Shown here: in pieces, positions 24,801 to 38,199 of the stretch
Position numbering within the stretch: the stretch's first letter is position 1
Layout of the letters: every line of letters begins with the position of its first letter
Source: Balanoglossus misakiensis
Taxonomy: Eukaryota > Animalia > Hemichordata
NCBI GenBank assembly: GCA_040954595.2
Contig: CM082580.2
Span: 12,786,909-12,850,908, forward strand
DNA length: 64,000 nucleotides
Direction: 5' to 3'
The notes under the pieces: model-generated
Seen by the model: the letters and a program-made list of their open reading frames with translations, nothing else
Databases searched by the model: none
What the model was told of the DNA's origin: nothing
Program-made: the position numbers and the translations under genes

Positions 24801-27570
24801 AATCTTTAACCATCACTATCTTTAGCATTTAGGCATACCGATCCATTCAACCTTCCAATCACTCAGCATGACAAACACATGTATTTTCACACCTTCTAAA
24901 TAGACAACACATATTTCACCTCACTATACTAAGTGCATTCTGAATGAATTCTGCCATATTTTGAAAGACGACGATTACGCACTGACAAAAAAATCAATTG
25001 TGAACATCATTTTACAAGATGAATGGAACACCTCTGAAATGTGATTACTATCTGCAGAAACAAACAGAGTTTGTACTTTTTTGAATTATTGCCTAATGCC
25101 TAATCTCACTAAAACTTGCAGTGAATCAGCATTGTGCAATCTAAAAATATTCCACGGGTAAATTTAAGATTAATCAGTTCAGCAAGATGTAATTAAGTTA
25201 TTTATCAAATACCCTGCAATATCCACATAACCACTAAGTATTGATATTAATATCAAAACCAATACACATCACATTGTTGGAGTATAATAGACAATATAGT
25301 AGTTTTAATTTCCCAGGGTTGGGTCTCATTTGTACAAATATTGTAAATTCCATTCATTCACAAAAAACAAGTGCCTTGATAAATGATATAATAATTTCTT
25401 GTAATTGCATCACTAACAGTATGGAATTCCAAACATAACAGCAAAGTCAAATTGTGTAATTAGGAAATATATCACATTATTTTTAGACTCAATACAATGT
25501 ATGTCACAAACATCATTATGATGGCAAATTATAAATCAACTAGATGAAAAGCCAAACTGTTACAACTCATGCTAATTGTAAATGGTATCCCAAAGACACT
25601 GTAGCATCAAAATCCCACAACATCTCCTTCTTGAAGATTACAGCTGTGACAAATCTGGGTACTCCTTACCTGCAGGGTTGTTATCGTCACACAGGCTGCT
25701 CGTCAATCTGTTGGCCAGACCTAACACTCCCATGGCTAAACTCTCATACACTGTGTATATAGGATCTCCAGACTGTGTGTGAAGAAATGGTGAAAAAAAA
25801 AATCTTTATTGCGCACACTTCATACAAAACTCAACACCTGAATTGCTGAAGAAATTTTAATAGTGACAGAAACACAACAGAACTTTGACAAAAGCTGAGT
25901 GAAGCAAATAACTAGAATACCTTGTAGAATTCTCCATAAATGACAGGTTCACTGGAAGGTACTTGGTAACTATAGTCCCCATATTCATCAACCAACTCAT
26001 CAAACCTCTCCACAGTGTTGACAGAGTCAGGTATCAGATAATAGTTTCTATCAGCATCTAGAAGCAACCCCAGGATAAATGATATTAGGCAATGATTTGC
26101 ATTCACTATAAGAATGCTAAAAATGGGTAGTATAATTAGTTCATTTGATGAATTGACATAATCTGGCGATGTGTTACACTGAGAAGATTTTTGAGGAAGT
26201 TGTCATGACCTTTTATGCTTTTAATTGGTGACTGACAGATCTCACTACAGATGAGACACCCAATATAAAATGTAGCTTTGTATAGACTGAAAACTGTCAT
26301 CATATATATATTCTGTGATTTCTCAACAAGGTGACAGCATTCCTTTGATGATCAGAAAGAACGGAGCGAAGGGCAACTTAGATAAAAAAGGAATTGCATC
26401 TCCCTCTCTGACCTAAATTATAAAACTCTGTGTATAAGTACTTACAGTTATCAAATTCAATACAGAACAAGCCACTGACACTTTGATTGACAGTGTATGG
26501 TGTGTTTGCTAGGATCAGTTGATTTGACTGCAGGCAGACTTTCTCGTCAACACTGCAACAAGAAAATACAGGTGAAACTTGAGAAATGTCACACTTCTAA
26601 TTACTAGCTACCAGACAGGTAATAGTCATTGAGTACATCATCATACACTCTCTGCGTACATCATACACATTTGAGCAATAAATTTAAAAAAGATTGTTCC
26701 GTTTATTCACTTCTGTATTAAACTGCACATTGAGAAGCTTTAACATATGACACTTGAAATGGTACAACATGGTGACACTGGAAGATATTATTGGTGGAAA
26801 CAGAATGCAAATTGTGCAGCTGTTGAAATTTGCATATATTGATTATGCTAAATATCATCAAGCTGAAACAAGACACACGTCTGTAAATACCAACATACAG
26901 ACAACAGGTGGACACATGTTCTCTACTTACAGAAATTTGGTGTCAAGGCATTCACTGAATGCATTCCTATCATCAGCACTGCAATCTTCATCACAGCAAC
27001 AGTTCACATCACATGCACCTACTTTCAAATCACAGGTGCACGGGCCAAGATCTGCGAGGAGCAGACAATAATGAACATGTTAATTTTGTTATGATTTGCA
27101 TTTTAATAGGGTGTCAATAACTTTGTTTGGCTTCTTTGGGGGGGGGGGGGGTGTTCCCACATCCTCTCCCTCTGGGCTCTAGTACACACAACACCACAAC
27201 ACACGGGGTCATTTTAACGGGGCGGGGCAACAGCGCGATCAACCTATAACCTCTCCTTTAATTCTGTCTCCACAAAGCTTAATTTTCTTCCAGTGGTCTG
27301 AGAATCGTTATAATTCAATTGTTTCCATGGATACAAACCCGTGTTAGGTGGCAAAGTTGACGAAGATGGAGGTTGAGTTGGAGACGGAGTTGTTACTGCC
27401 ACCGTTGTCGCGGGCGCAGTCGTGCCAGCGGTGGCGTTAATAGTCGGAGTAGTTCCTGTGGTGCCTTGTGTTGTTACAATTTGTGTTGGAGTCGTTCCTT
27501 GTGAACGTACAGTGGAAATACACAGGAAAAATACAAAAATATTAAGCAATTTGTTTTTGTCGTCCGCCAT
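21811..27570 (-). CDS. TCTN1: Tectonic family ciliary transition-zone protein (TCTN1/3-like)
   Basis: Signal peptide and Thr/Pro-rich stalk (27339-27570), then the tectonic signature GPCTCDLKVGACDVNCCCDEDC (~26931-27051), SGNPGYVVAEPLLAG, and C-terminal AKLPYDFFYPF followed by a hydrophobic GPI-signal-like tail. Paralog number cannot be resolved. Confidence 0.9.
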
Positions 27571-28725
27571 TTTAGAGAGGAATGCCCTTGTTCATTTGTT
27601 TGTTAATTAATTTCTACCAACGGTTTTAGGTTTTCCTGCGTCTGTTGATGACAATTACTCATTGAATAATAGTATTGGACAAATAAAAGTTGTATGCGGT
27701 AATTCTTAATTTTATATTTTGTCATAAAAGTTGCAAATATAGGCTTAGGAAGGCGAAAGTCTCATCAGAGTGGGAGTCAAACGGGTTATTGGGGATACTT
27801 GAAACTCCGATATGACTGGGGAACTGCCTGGCATAGTCTCGGTGAGAACCAATCAGAAACGTCAATGCTAACCTTTGACCAAACGACAAAGGCGGTAAAC
27901 ATAGCCATTAGCATCGGCTAAATTCAAAATATTTCTGCTTCCTCAATCTAATTACCAAACATCTGTCAGATTGTTAAAATTTTAGCATATTATGCAAGTG
28001 CAAAGTACGTGAAGAAGTTGTGAATGTAAGTATTGTTTCATTTTACACGCGTTTCCGTTTATTCTAGTCAGTTTCGGTTCTGGTGTTTTGTAGTGGCGTG
28101 GGGTCTCCGAAAGCCTGGGAAGAGAGCTTAGACGCGACGCTTACTATGAAAATAAACATATAGCGGACTAGGTTGAAATACGACATGTGTAGTATTTCAA
28201 CACTGGCTGTCAGAAAGTGATAATTATTAATGTTTGAATAGCATTCTTGCCCTAAAACTGATGTGTGTCTCCACTCAATCAAGACGTCTGTCGCGTTAAT
28301 TGTTGTGACTGACTGACTGACTGTCTGGGTACGTTCCCACGTGACAGCTACGCGCGTCCCTTTGTTCAAGCAGAGAGAATCTTGCTCCTTGCTCTCCGTG
28401 ACAGCAGTTTGACAAGATACAGTCTTAGTCGTTGCCATCGTGTAATGTTGCATCCAAAAACTGACTTATATTGCTTCATGGTTTTATTCAGCCTGCAAAC
28501 TGATGACAACTAGATGACTGTCACTCTGATCTCTGTGAATATCCCACAATTCATTGCGATTTGTTCCAAAGATTTTGACATGTATAACAAAAAACTCAAA
28601 AACTTATGATGAAATTAAAATGAAATTATAAATCTGTGGTGTTATTTGTTTCTTAGGTTATATGATCACTTGTGTACAATCCAGAAAGCTAAAGTGTGGA
28701 ACCCAATTACACAATTCAGTAAATT

Positions 28726-30163
28726 ATGCCTCTGAACTGTGACTTCAACTGGGGACCATCTATAGAGCCACAGTACACCTTTGTAACACCACAGAATACC
28801 TGTTTTCAAATATATGGAACCAAAAGGAAAGCAGGCAAGAACAATCAGGTAGATCACATTTTCTTTGTCAACATTGACATTGTACACAGCTAACAGTATT
28901 TTGTTAGACAAATCATAGACATTAGAAGGGGGGGTACAAATGAAGGGGGGGGGGTTACAGCATACACTATGGATGTCTACCCAGGGTCTGTCAGCAACTC
29001 AGATAAATTCCAGGAAGCCAATATATTTCTAATTGTGCATATCAGTTCATAAATGATGCACCCGGCCATACAACGAATTACATTTGTTTATCTTGTTCCA
29101 TATATATACAGGAGTATGAGGACTCCTTGTGCAAGAGACAATGTCCAGGCGTGTCATCGTCTGTTGTAGAAGCTTGTCACAACAGTCAATCAGGGACAGT
29201 GCAATTTCCAACAAACGAGCAAGCCCGCCTAACAGAGACAGACACTCAAGAAGATATGGAACACTCACAAGTTCAAGATGTTCCTTTGCACAATCACACT
29301 GAATCAAAAGTCAAAACTCAGGAATCGTATGATGATTTGCAATTCATACAGGTAATCTTGTGTTTTAAGTACAGGGTAATGTAGGTCTATTTTTTTTTAT
29401 ACAAAATATGGCCGTGTCTTGACAAAGGCTTTGTACATTATGTGTTGAGCTGAAGTCCATACATATCTTTTGAAGAGCATGAGAGTAAATTATTGGCACA
29501 GCTAAAAGCAATGCTTCAGTCTAACAGTCCATACCAAGTGGATACATACACAGTTTAATACATCAGGTATATTTTTGACAGTAAATACACAGGTGTGTAC
29601 CATTATCACTGCACTATCCTCATGAAAGTTTAATTCTGTTTTCATCCTTACACACATACACACACACCAGGAAATGACTATGGAAAGCAATGACTACTGG
29701 TGTGCGCCAATGTCATACCTAAACAACACTCTCCACATGCAAGAGGATTTAGAAGACGCACGCATACGTATGGAATCTGACTATGCACCAGATCCTGAAC
29801 AGTATAAGTCCCTGTCAGCTGAAAGTATCCCACCGCTGGGGTAAGACAATGACCATGTATATTGCATGTTAATGTAAATATGTAAGTAAACTTATTTGGA
29901 AGAATTTATTCAAAGGCAGCATTCAAAGCCAATAGTGTTATAGTTTGATGCTCATTTTGCTGGGGTCAATTCCGAGTTTGCATAGTTGAAAATGGCCAGC
30001 CAGTGGTGACAACTTCAGCAAACCACAGACACGTGCCAGTTTTCTGATCGTAAATGTGTTGTGTGTATTTCTGTACAGGTATGACCAAACGACAAGTGTT
30101 CGAGTGCGGAGTTACTGCAGGCAAAACTGGCCGGAGATGTTGGGACCCAACTGTCTGATTTAG
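28726..30163 (+). CDS. Uncharacterized ~205-aa protein, divergent from Tectonic
   Basis: Four phase-compatible exons 28726-28848, 29112-29351, 29671-29840, 30079-30163 (618 nt, open to TAG). There is an in-frame stop just upstream of the ATG, a possible non-coding exon ending ~28025, and a CCAAT box near 27849. Confidence 0.65.
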
Positions 30164-31210
30164 AGAGTACATGTACTTCATAACATCGTTCATTTGGAGA
30201 AGTACTCGTAACCCTTTGATAGTTTGAGTCTTGTTTAACTTTTAGCTCAAGTGTTTTCAAGAAATAATGCTCTGTATATTCTCTATATACAGAGGTGTAT
30301 CCTGCCGACTATTACTATGGTCTTACTTTTAATCAAAAAGTATTTTTCCCAGTACATGTGTTGTCATTTTTTTATGGATTTTTAAAAAGTAATTTCTTTT
30401 AGATAGAGTGAATTATTTAACTAGAATTCTATGATGTGTACTTATATTAAATGGCAACTGTGTTGTAGTATCATTAAGCAAAAGTAGGTGTGAATATCCA
30501 GATTATTGTTCATGATAAAATTAGTATAATGTTGTCTTTGTGAGAGTGAATCTCCTTGTTATTTATTTCACAGATACAAGGAAAATATATGGGTAAATTT
30601 GAGAGTACAAATGTCATCCCTATGCTGCAGACCTACAGTAGAAATCTGGACACTATGAGTGATAGTTACGCAAAGAAATAATGCGCATTAGTAAACAGAC
30701 CTTCCTTTTTATAGTACCATACCACCAAGTTTTGCTCTCAACATTATAATTTATTGTAAGATAAAGAAGTTTGAGAGTAAGGGTTAGCTTTAGGTTTCCC
30801 CACAGGACATTTCAACATGGATGCCCATGTGAAAATATGCAGCTTTCGGCGCTTTAAAGAGTTCGCCAGTAGATTATTGTACGATGAAAGTTTTTTTATG
30901 TCTGCAATGTATTTATAAATAAGTGTTTACTGAAATATTCTAGACAGAACCCTCATTTCAAACTTTAATGTCAAAAAATATTGGTGTTGTGAAGATAGTT
31001 ATAACAGCAAATTATTGATCAGAAAAAAACATTGAACCGTATTTATAGAATGACTGCCAAATTTAGTATGGTACCATAGCCTTGATTTGGAAGTACCTTT
31101 GACAAGTATATCAATCATTTTAAGGCTCGATATAAGTTGTAAGTTAAGGCAAGCGCGCTTACATTTATTTTTTATGAGATATATTAAAGGGAGGTCGTCA
31201 ACAAGGCCCT

Positions 31211-31302
31211 TTAACCCTTTCACCCCCAGTTCCCTCTATAGAGGTCCAACCTTCCCACAGAAAACAATGGATGTGGACTGAACCATGGTGGTGAAAGGGT
31301 AA
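31211..31302. mobile_element. piggyBac-like MITE, copy 1
   Basis: TTAA-CCCTTTCACC...GGTGAAAGGG-TAA; near-identical to 47602-47694. Confidence 0.75.
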
Positions 31303-32592
31303 TAGCTACTACTCATGGTACCAAAGTCTCTGCCATGAATTACTTTATTTTACTCAGATTTATCACATATTTGTTAGTCTAAAAAGGCATGTCACTATTC
31401 TCTGTCAAAGCTTGTTGGGCTTTAATTTTTATACACTATTTAAAAAGTAAATTTAGTCGGCCTTAGGCCATAACTGACTTGTATGTGTTTTGTCGTTTGA
31501 TATGCAGGTGCAACTTTTTATATTCCAGTCTACATATTTTTTTATGAGCACTTCTTAATCATTTTCATATTTGTAAAGTACAAAGATATCTCTTGACTTT
31601 AATACTAGATCCGTCATTTTTATGTAATAAAAGGTTTAGGAAATATCTGTTTTAATTGGTGTGAAGTGGGACGTCTCATATAGGGGAACCCGACTGTGTA
31701 CAGTACGCTACCGTTATTTTTACAGCGATCATATGACACGCATCTTTTCGCAGGCCTTCGAAAAATCATTTTTAGCCTTTTGCGCAAAAACGCATAATAT
31801 TAATATGTGTAAAAATCATAGCAATGGCTTTGATCACTTCCGTGCCGTGCGTTCATTGGTCAGCGACCAGGAAACCAGTTGTATCCTCCCCTAATCAATT
31901 TTACATAAAAAGTACAACACGTTCAAGTGAATGGCCAACTATACTTGGGTCGTGAAACCCGCACGTGTTCCCCACTTGACGTCAAATAGAACCTTCGACA
32001 TGATTGATTTTTTGTTCAGTCAGATGACGAGACAGCATGAAGGACAAACGTTGAACAGTCTATTCTCCTGTGAAAACACCTGGCGTAGGGCCATCGACTG
32101 TGAACAGCACACAGGTGGTGCATGCTAGTTCGGTAGGCATTCTGATGTTCGTCATTTATGGAAAACGTTAATTCATTTTCCGATATGTTCTTGGCATCTT
32201 ATGTCAAACAGTCACTCACTTCCTTTGTGTATTTACCGCGGTCGTGCTTTCTTTCCGGTTGACGTATAAAGTTCTTGGCAACGGAGCCTTTTCTCTTGGC
32301 AAAACTGCCTCATGTCGACAAACCATCAACTACATTAAAAGTAAGCTTTATTAAGAGTTTATTCAGAACGTAGATAAAAAAAATACGCGCGTGCCACTCA
32401 CAGACTTCAACGAGCAAGCAAATTTCCGTTTTCGTGCACAACAAGTTTACTCTTGCCACTCTGCAAGGGTTTTCATTATAATCGTCAAAATAATATACCT
32501 TCAACAGGTGTTTATGGAGCGGCGTGGTCAATGTTTCTTTGCTCCAATCTTAATCTTTACTGAGGAGCAATTCAAACTTTGCAACTTTGAAA

Positions 32593-32960
32593 AGGTGATC
32601 TATTTTTATTTTGAAAAATCCCCCAGGGTTAGAAATCGGAGCAAGGGACCACTCAAATAACGCCGTTTTAAAGCACCTGAACTTGTCAAAAGAACAAAAT
32701 GAGTAATTACATTAATTTTACTACGGCAATCTACAATAGGTGATCTGGCTATTTTTATTTGAGAAATTCCCAAGGGTTAGAAATTGGAGCAAGGAACCAG
32801 ATAACTTTGTTTTTAGACTGAGCACCTGAACTTGTCAAAGGAACGAAATGAGTAATTAAAATTTTTACAGCATTAATTCGGCGATCTACTTTTCTGTGAA
32901 ACTCCCCCAGGGTCAGAATTTAGAGCGCGGACCCAGGTCACACCCTTTTGATTTTAGACT
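32593..32960. repeat. Degenerate tandem repeat, ~145-bp unit, ~2.5 copies
   Basis: Units start at about 32593, 32738 and 32879. All share GATC-TATTTT...CCCAGGGTTAGAAATT/CGGAGC; the first two also share AGCACCTGAACTTGTCAAA..GAAC.AAATGAGTAATTA. Confidence 0.8.
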
Positions 32961-33650
32961 ACTCGGCCAAAGTCCATGGACTACTGAAACAGTCAAACTC
33001 GTTTGCTGGCGAAACGAAATTTTAATTAATGCCCACCATTAACACATCAAAGTGAATCGCCATCTACGGGGAATTCCTTATTCCGGGGGCCATTAAATGC
33101 AAAGCAAGATTTACAGTCTTGTTTATAATCCACGCAGTAGCATCATCACAAACCGGAAGCGCTTTTTCTGATAAATAACTTTCAATAGAGCCGTGGGTAA
33201 TTAGCGACATATATATATATATATACCCGTGGACTAATAATAGCAGTTCAGATATCAACACGATTGTGTTACTACTAGCATCGCTTTGGTCCCAGTTACC
33301 AGCAAAGTGCCATCACTTTTAAACATCGTCGGAGGTTGACGACTTTGCACGTCGAATACACGAGCAAAAATCCGTTCACGGTAAGTTATTTTAAAAATTA
33401 TCATTGATCATTTCCCCCACGTTCTTCCAAGATATTACAACCGCACAGATACAAATCGACGAAAAAAATTAAACATTTTCTTTATCATAGCCAGATTAAG
33501 AACAGTTTAATACATTACTAACCCTATAAACGGCTACTGCTTTGATTCATCGCGTATACATGATTGGTAACAGAATCGTCTTCATCTTTTTATGTTTTTT
33601 TTTCCAGAGAGAAGATACTTCCTCCCGACACCCTACACCCCTCAAGAAGA

Positions 33651-36600
33651 ATGTCAAGTAAGGACCTGTTGCTCGCTCTGCTCGTGCTGTGTTTGCAAAG
33701 TGGATTTATTCAGGCTCTTCCGACACCGCAACAAGGCGATAGCGAGAGTGACGATACAGAGCCGCCGGCAGAGGATGAACACGACGGAGTTATCGACGGA
33801 ACCATGATAAATTCCATGATGAAAGCTGAATTCTCTCACCACGATTCGTACTCAATGAGCGTAAGTATTGCTTTTTCACCTGGTCATGCAGCTGACCATG
33901 GTGAATATTGGCAGGCGACTAATTAACTTTGGCATCCAGAGCTCATTTCGTTCGGCGCTGTATCTGCACTGTAGTGTGGAACTTGACAGCTGAAAATGAT
34001 ACACCGCCAAAATCTTATGTGCGCACTACGTTGAGAATTACCAAAAAACACACTTTTGATGTATTTGTTCGCGTGGCCAGATTTGTATATGTTCTTGTCG
34101 AGTGACTTGCTCTCCGAGAGATTAAGTTTAACCGCGGAAACTAATCTCTCGCAGGTGGATGATCTATTGAAGACGCTGATGTTCTTGACACGAACAGACA
34201 CATGCAAGCAAGACACTATTACAGGTGAGTTTGTAGAGTTTATTTGTCATAACGCATGGCTCCAAACCAAGTTACCCTTGATTTGCATGAAGTGACAAAA
34301 TTATTTTAACAATTCGCGTGTCGAGGGTGGAGGTAACTTTGCGACAGGAAATATTGACTATTAAACGAATCGAATTGCGCCTCCTAGGCCTAAGTCAGTT
34401 GTCAGGTAAAGTAAAGCGCAGCTGTGAAGTAATGTGTACACTTGGCCGACTCGAAATAATAATTCACCAAGAGTTACTAGTAAACATCAAGGAGAGTCGT
34501 AAACGTCAGACATCAGTGATAAAGTCGCATCAGTTGCGGCTTATACACTTCAAAGAGTTCAGTTTGGAGTGGGAAGAGACAACAGGTGGTTGGTTTTGCC
34601 GACAACAGACCATAATCTACATCTATCTGCATGTGAAGGCTTTGCTAAAGTTTGCTAGTAGTCATTTGCATGTGAATGACATGAAGGTGTATGAAGAAAT
34701 GTTGTACGGCAGTGAAAGGATTTCCATACATTGACCATATCACTTTTTCTTGCGTTTCGATAACAGCGCCACCAATCATCACCGATGTCCGACACGAATT
34801 CAAGCACGAACAGGTGACCGTGAGGGTGCAGGAGGAAGAGAACGTCGTGAATTACTTCGTGGTCTACCAGGGTGTGGGCAACGCCTTCAATTTCGCGCTG
34901 AGGAGCGGGACGAAGACGAACCTGCCCCTGAGAAACGTGCCGAGGGACACGGTAATCCTGGTCGAGATCTTCGCACTCAGACGCTGCATGTGGCAGGTGT
35001 TCTGGAGCAGCTCTGTCTATCTGGAAGTGAAAGTGTCACAAGGTATTTAACGTGATTAGTGTTTATTGTTCCGCTCCCTTTTAACACTTTCCCTAGTCTT
35101 AAAAACACAACTATCTGCTAACAGGGCAAAATATGTCGAAGGCGCCGCTAGGAGTTGGCTTTTCTGACTTTCACGGTGACTGCACGTGCGGTCTTCCATT
35201 TATATGACGTGGCGGTATTTAACCGGGGCTGATTTCCGTCGCTGAACATCTGTTCAGCTAAGCCATGCGTGATTATTACCAATATCAGCCACGGTGTGTT
35301 ACTGCTCCTTCGGGATTAATGCGACCGCGCTTCACATAAATTGTATGATAACTGGTCACGCAATGTTGCTGCGAGACAACGGTGATTGATTGCCAGACAG
35401 TGAAGCAAAAGTGCGTTCGGTGGGTCGACTACATTTATATATGATCTACAGTCCTATTCTCGGGTAGCCCACAGCGCATTGCTTTCTCTAGGGTCTATGG
35501 TATAAGTTGCAAATATGATTATACCGACACTGTGCGTTGTGACAAGCTCAGGTTTTTGTGGTCTTCAAGGTAACCTGAAGGCAGCGCCTAGGATCGAATG
35601 ATTATTAATTATTATAATGTCATTTCGTCCGCAGATGACGAGGTAACTATTGTGACGCCACCAGCGGCGACGCGTTGTAAAGGTGAGTGCAATTTGGATA
35701 GAAGGGGGTAGGGATATGGAGATTCAGGTAGAAACAGCCGGACAGAGACAGTGAGACAGTCCGAAGGAGAGACGGACAGACTCAATGAGAAAAGACAAAT
35801 ACAGAAAGGGAGGGAATGGTAGACAGAAACAGACAGATGAGACTATGACCAAATTTAACAAAACGCATTGTTCACTCGTTCACTTTCCAATTCTTATGCA
35901 TGTACTAGTAATTCACAAGTCCAAATTCTCTTCAACCTTTTCAGTTCCACGACCTAGTATGGCGCTTGAAGGCAAGCTAAGCGAAGACTCAATGACGTTC
36001 AGCATAAAAGCGGAACCGATGATCGACAGGTATCTTGTCACAATGGACACCAAAACCACTAGACACCAAACTTACATCAGCAACGGGCCAAGCGGGTACG
36101 GTATCAACGGTATGACCATAGGCGAGCTCTCGCCGGCGTCTATGTACAAGGTAACGATAATCGGGGAGACCAAGTGCTTCGACAAACTTTTCCACGGAGC
36201 ACCCATCTTCTTCAGCGCCAAGACCATAGGCACACGCGTCGACCCAGAAGGTAATTGCAAATTTGCGCTCGAAGTTCGAGTTGATTTTTTATTATAGGGA
36301 ACAAGTTCGCCTTGTGTTGATAATAGTGTATCGGTGTTTTACAATGTAATAAAGATCGGGAACTCAAGTACTGCTTTAGCTACCCAAAACCACGAGGAAC
36401 CAAAAATAACTATAATGACTCGGGGAACTGACTGCGGTAAAATAATTTGTCGGGATGACGCATTTTTTGGTCGAAGGTTCCGTTATATGCAGTCGATGTT
36501 GTGACTAATAAGACTTGCTTCGGGGAGAACCCTTCTAAATATCTTGCAATCAACTCCTAAAATAATTTAACTCAAATTTGCGTAAACATAGAGCAGATTG

Positions 36601-36681
36601 ATTTTAATTTATTTTTTGTGTTCTCTTACAGACTACCCGAATGTTGTGCCATCTGACGATTTGATATTGCATACCAATTAG
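33651..36681 (+). CDS. Secreted protein with acidic N-terminus and two fibronectin type III-like domains
   Basis: Exons 33651-33860 (signal peptide MSSKDLLLALLVLCLQSGFIQA), 34155-34224, 34767-35042, 35635-35682, 35945-36250, 36632-36681. Two ~92-102 aa phase 1-1 exons show FN3-like patterns (NYFVVY...LRNVPRDTVILVEIFA; RYLVTM...IGELSPASMYKVTIIG). No TM segment. Confidence 0.75.
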
Positions 36682-38199
36682 AGGCAATGATATTATATCC
36701 ACACCTGCCCCACCCCTTCGCCCGCTGTAGACAGCCACGACCACACACATTTTTACGAAGCAAACATTCCATGTTTTGTCGCCCATCATCATCGCAAATA
36801 CCGACAGTGTTTCAAGTTCCATCAACGCCATAAATTACTTCGTATAATCATGTTCGTGTGTACCCCGTCTTTAAAGGGACGAAGTAGCTGAGATTATGTT
36901 AGTTTCTTTTGATGGATTATTTACGCTGCTGTGCTCACTGAAATATGCTCAATCACAGGTTGTCGCATATACATGCACCCTGTATGTGGACATGACAATT
37001 ACCACGATGCAATTTTTGGTATTGGCCAAAAATTAAGTGGTGGAAGTATTCGTCTGTTGTATGCGCATGTACATGATGCGAGTTGACCTCTGACCGCCGC
37101 ACATCGGGCATATTTCAGCGATTCGAATAGCATAAATGACATGATGTCAAAAGAAACTACAATAACCAGAATTGTGTGAAAAGAGAGCGACTTTGTCTCT
37201 CTAAACACATTGATGCCGGTCATCCGACTCAAATCAGAAATGTGGGCAGTAAATAAGAACCATAGCGCAAAGACGGTGGAGCGGGTCATTCTAGGAAAGT
37301 GGCAACCAGGGGAACATGTTCTACAGTTCGGACATCCACAACATACGGGTATTTTATGCACGTGACTTTACTCTCATTCGCTGTTCCCGTTGGACACTTT
37401 ATCTAGACGTAAACACGTTTGATGTGGTATAATGTGAATTTAATGCTTATTTAAACTCTATAGCATAATATGTGTACAAAAACATTTTCACAGTGGTCGA
37501 ATGAAGGACCATCCACAAACAAGAATAATATAGACAAAAACCAGAAGAAGAAAAACATATAGACCAAACACTCTAGACAAATAAACTAGGGTTATATTAC
37601 CAATTATTTGATAGTTAAGTTAATCATGTTAATGTAAGTTACCTAGATTCGAAAATAGCTCTGCTTGTACGACGTTGTCTCTACATTGGCGAGGCTGCTG
37701 ACTGTCAGACAAATACGGCAACAATTGCGTTGCAGTTTCGTTTGGACACAATGTCACCGGCGGTGGTACCTGCGCAACGAATCCGGCTGATTCCAGCGAT
37801 CAGCGGTGACAGATCGTGTCCAGATCGTTTCTCGGATACTCTGAATCTCGTCTGTTTAAATAACGATTAGTACTTCTCATCACAACAAAATTAATCTGCA
37901 TATATTTGATTTTAATGGAAATTATGCGCCTTAACCATTTGAGCTACCGATAAATGGAAATCGCTCTTGTTGTATGACGTGTATAACTTGCTCAATAAAT
38001 GTATATATTGGTATATTACATCACTGGTCAAGATGCTCTTTCCACTCCCTGGAGAAATTGATGGTTTGAACGTTCAACAACCTACGCAGTATTTTTTTCT
38101 CGCATGTCCATGACTAGACAAGTCTTCATTTTCTTGCGAATATAGGCACCACCAGCCATGCGAGTTCTATCAGGGTCTCGTCTCGGAAAATGGTCTGCA

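Noticed and set aside
27138-28954. Poly-G tracts (also ~41800, ~61935) as G-quadruplex elements
   Set aside because: Simple intronic homopolymers with no further support.
30600-32540. Possible transposon remnants in the intergenic region (also ~36290-37400)
   Set aside because: No matching termini, target-site duplications or transposase/RT motifs could be demonstrated within the window.
32593-32960. CRISPR-like repeat-spacer array
   Set aside because: Whole units are homologous with no unique spacers, the context is eukaryotic, and there are no cas genes.
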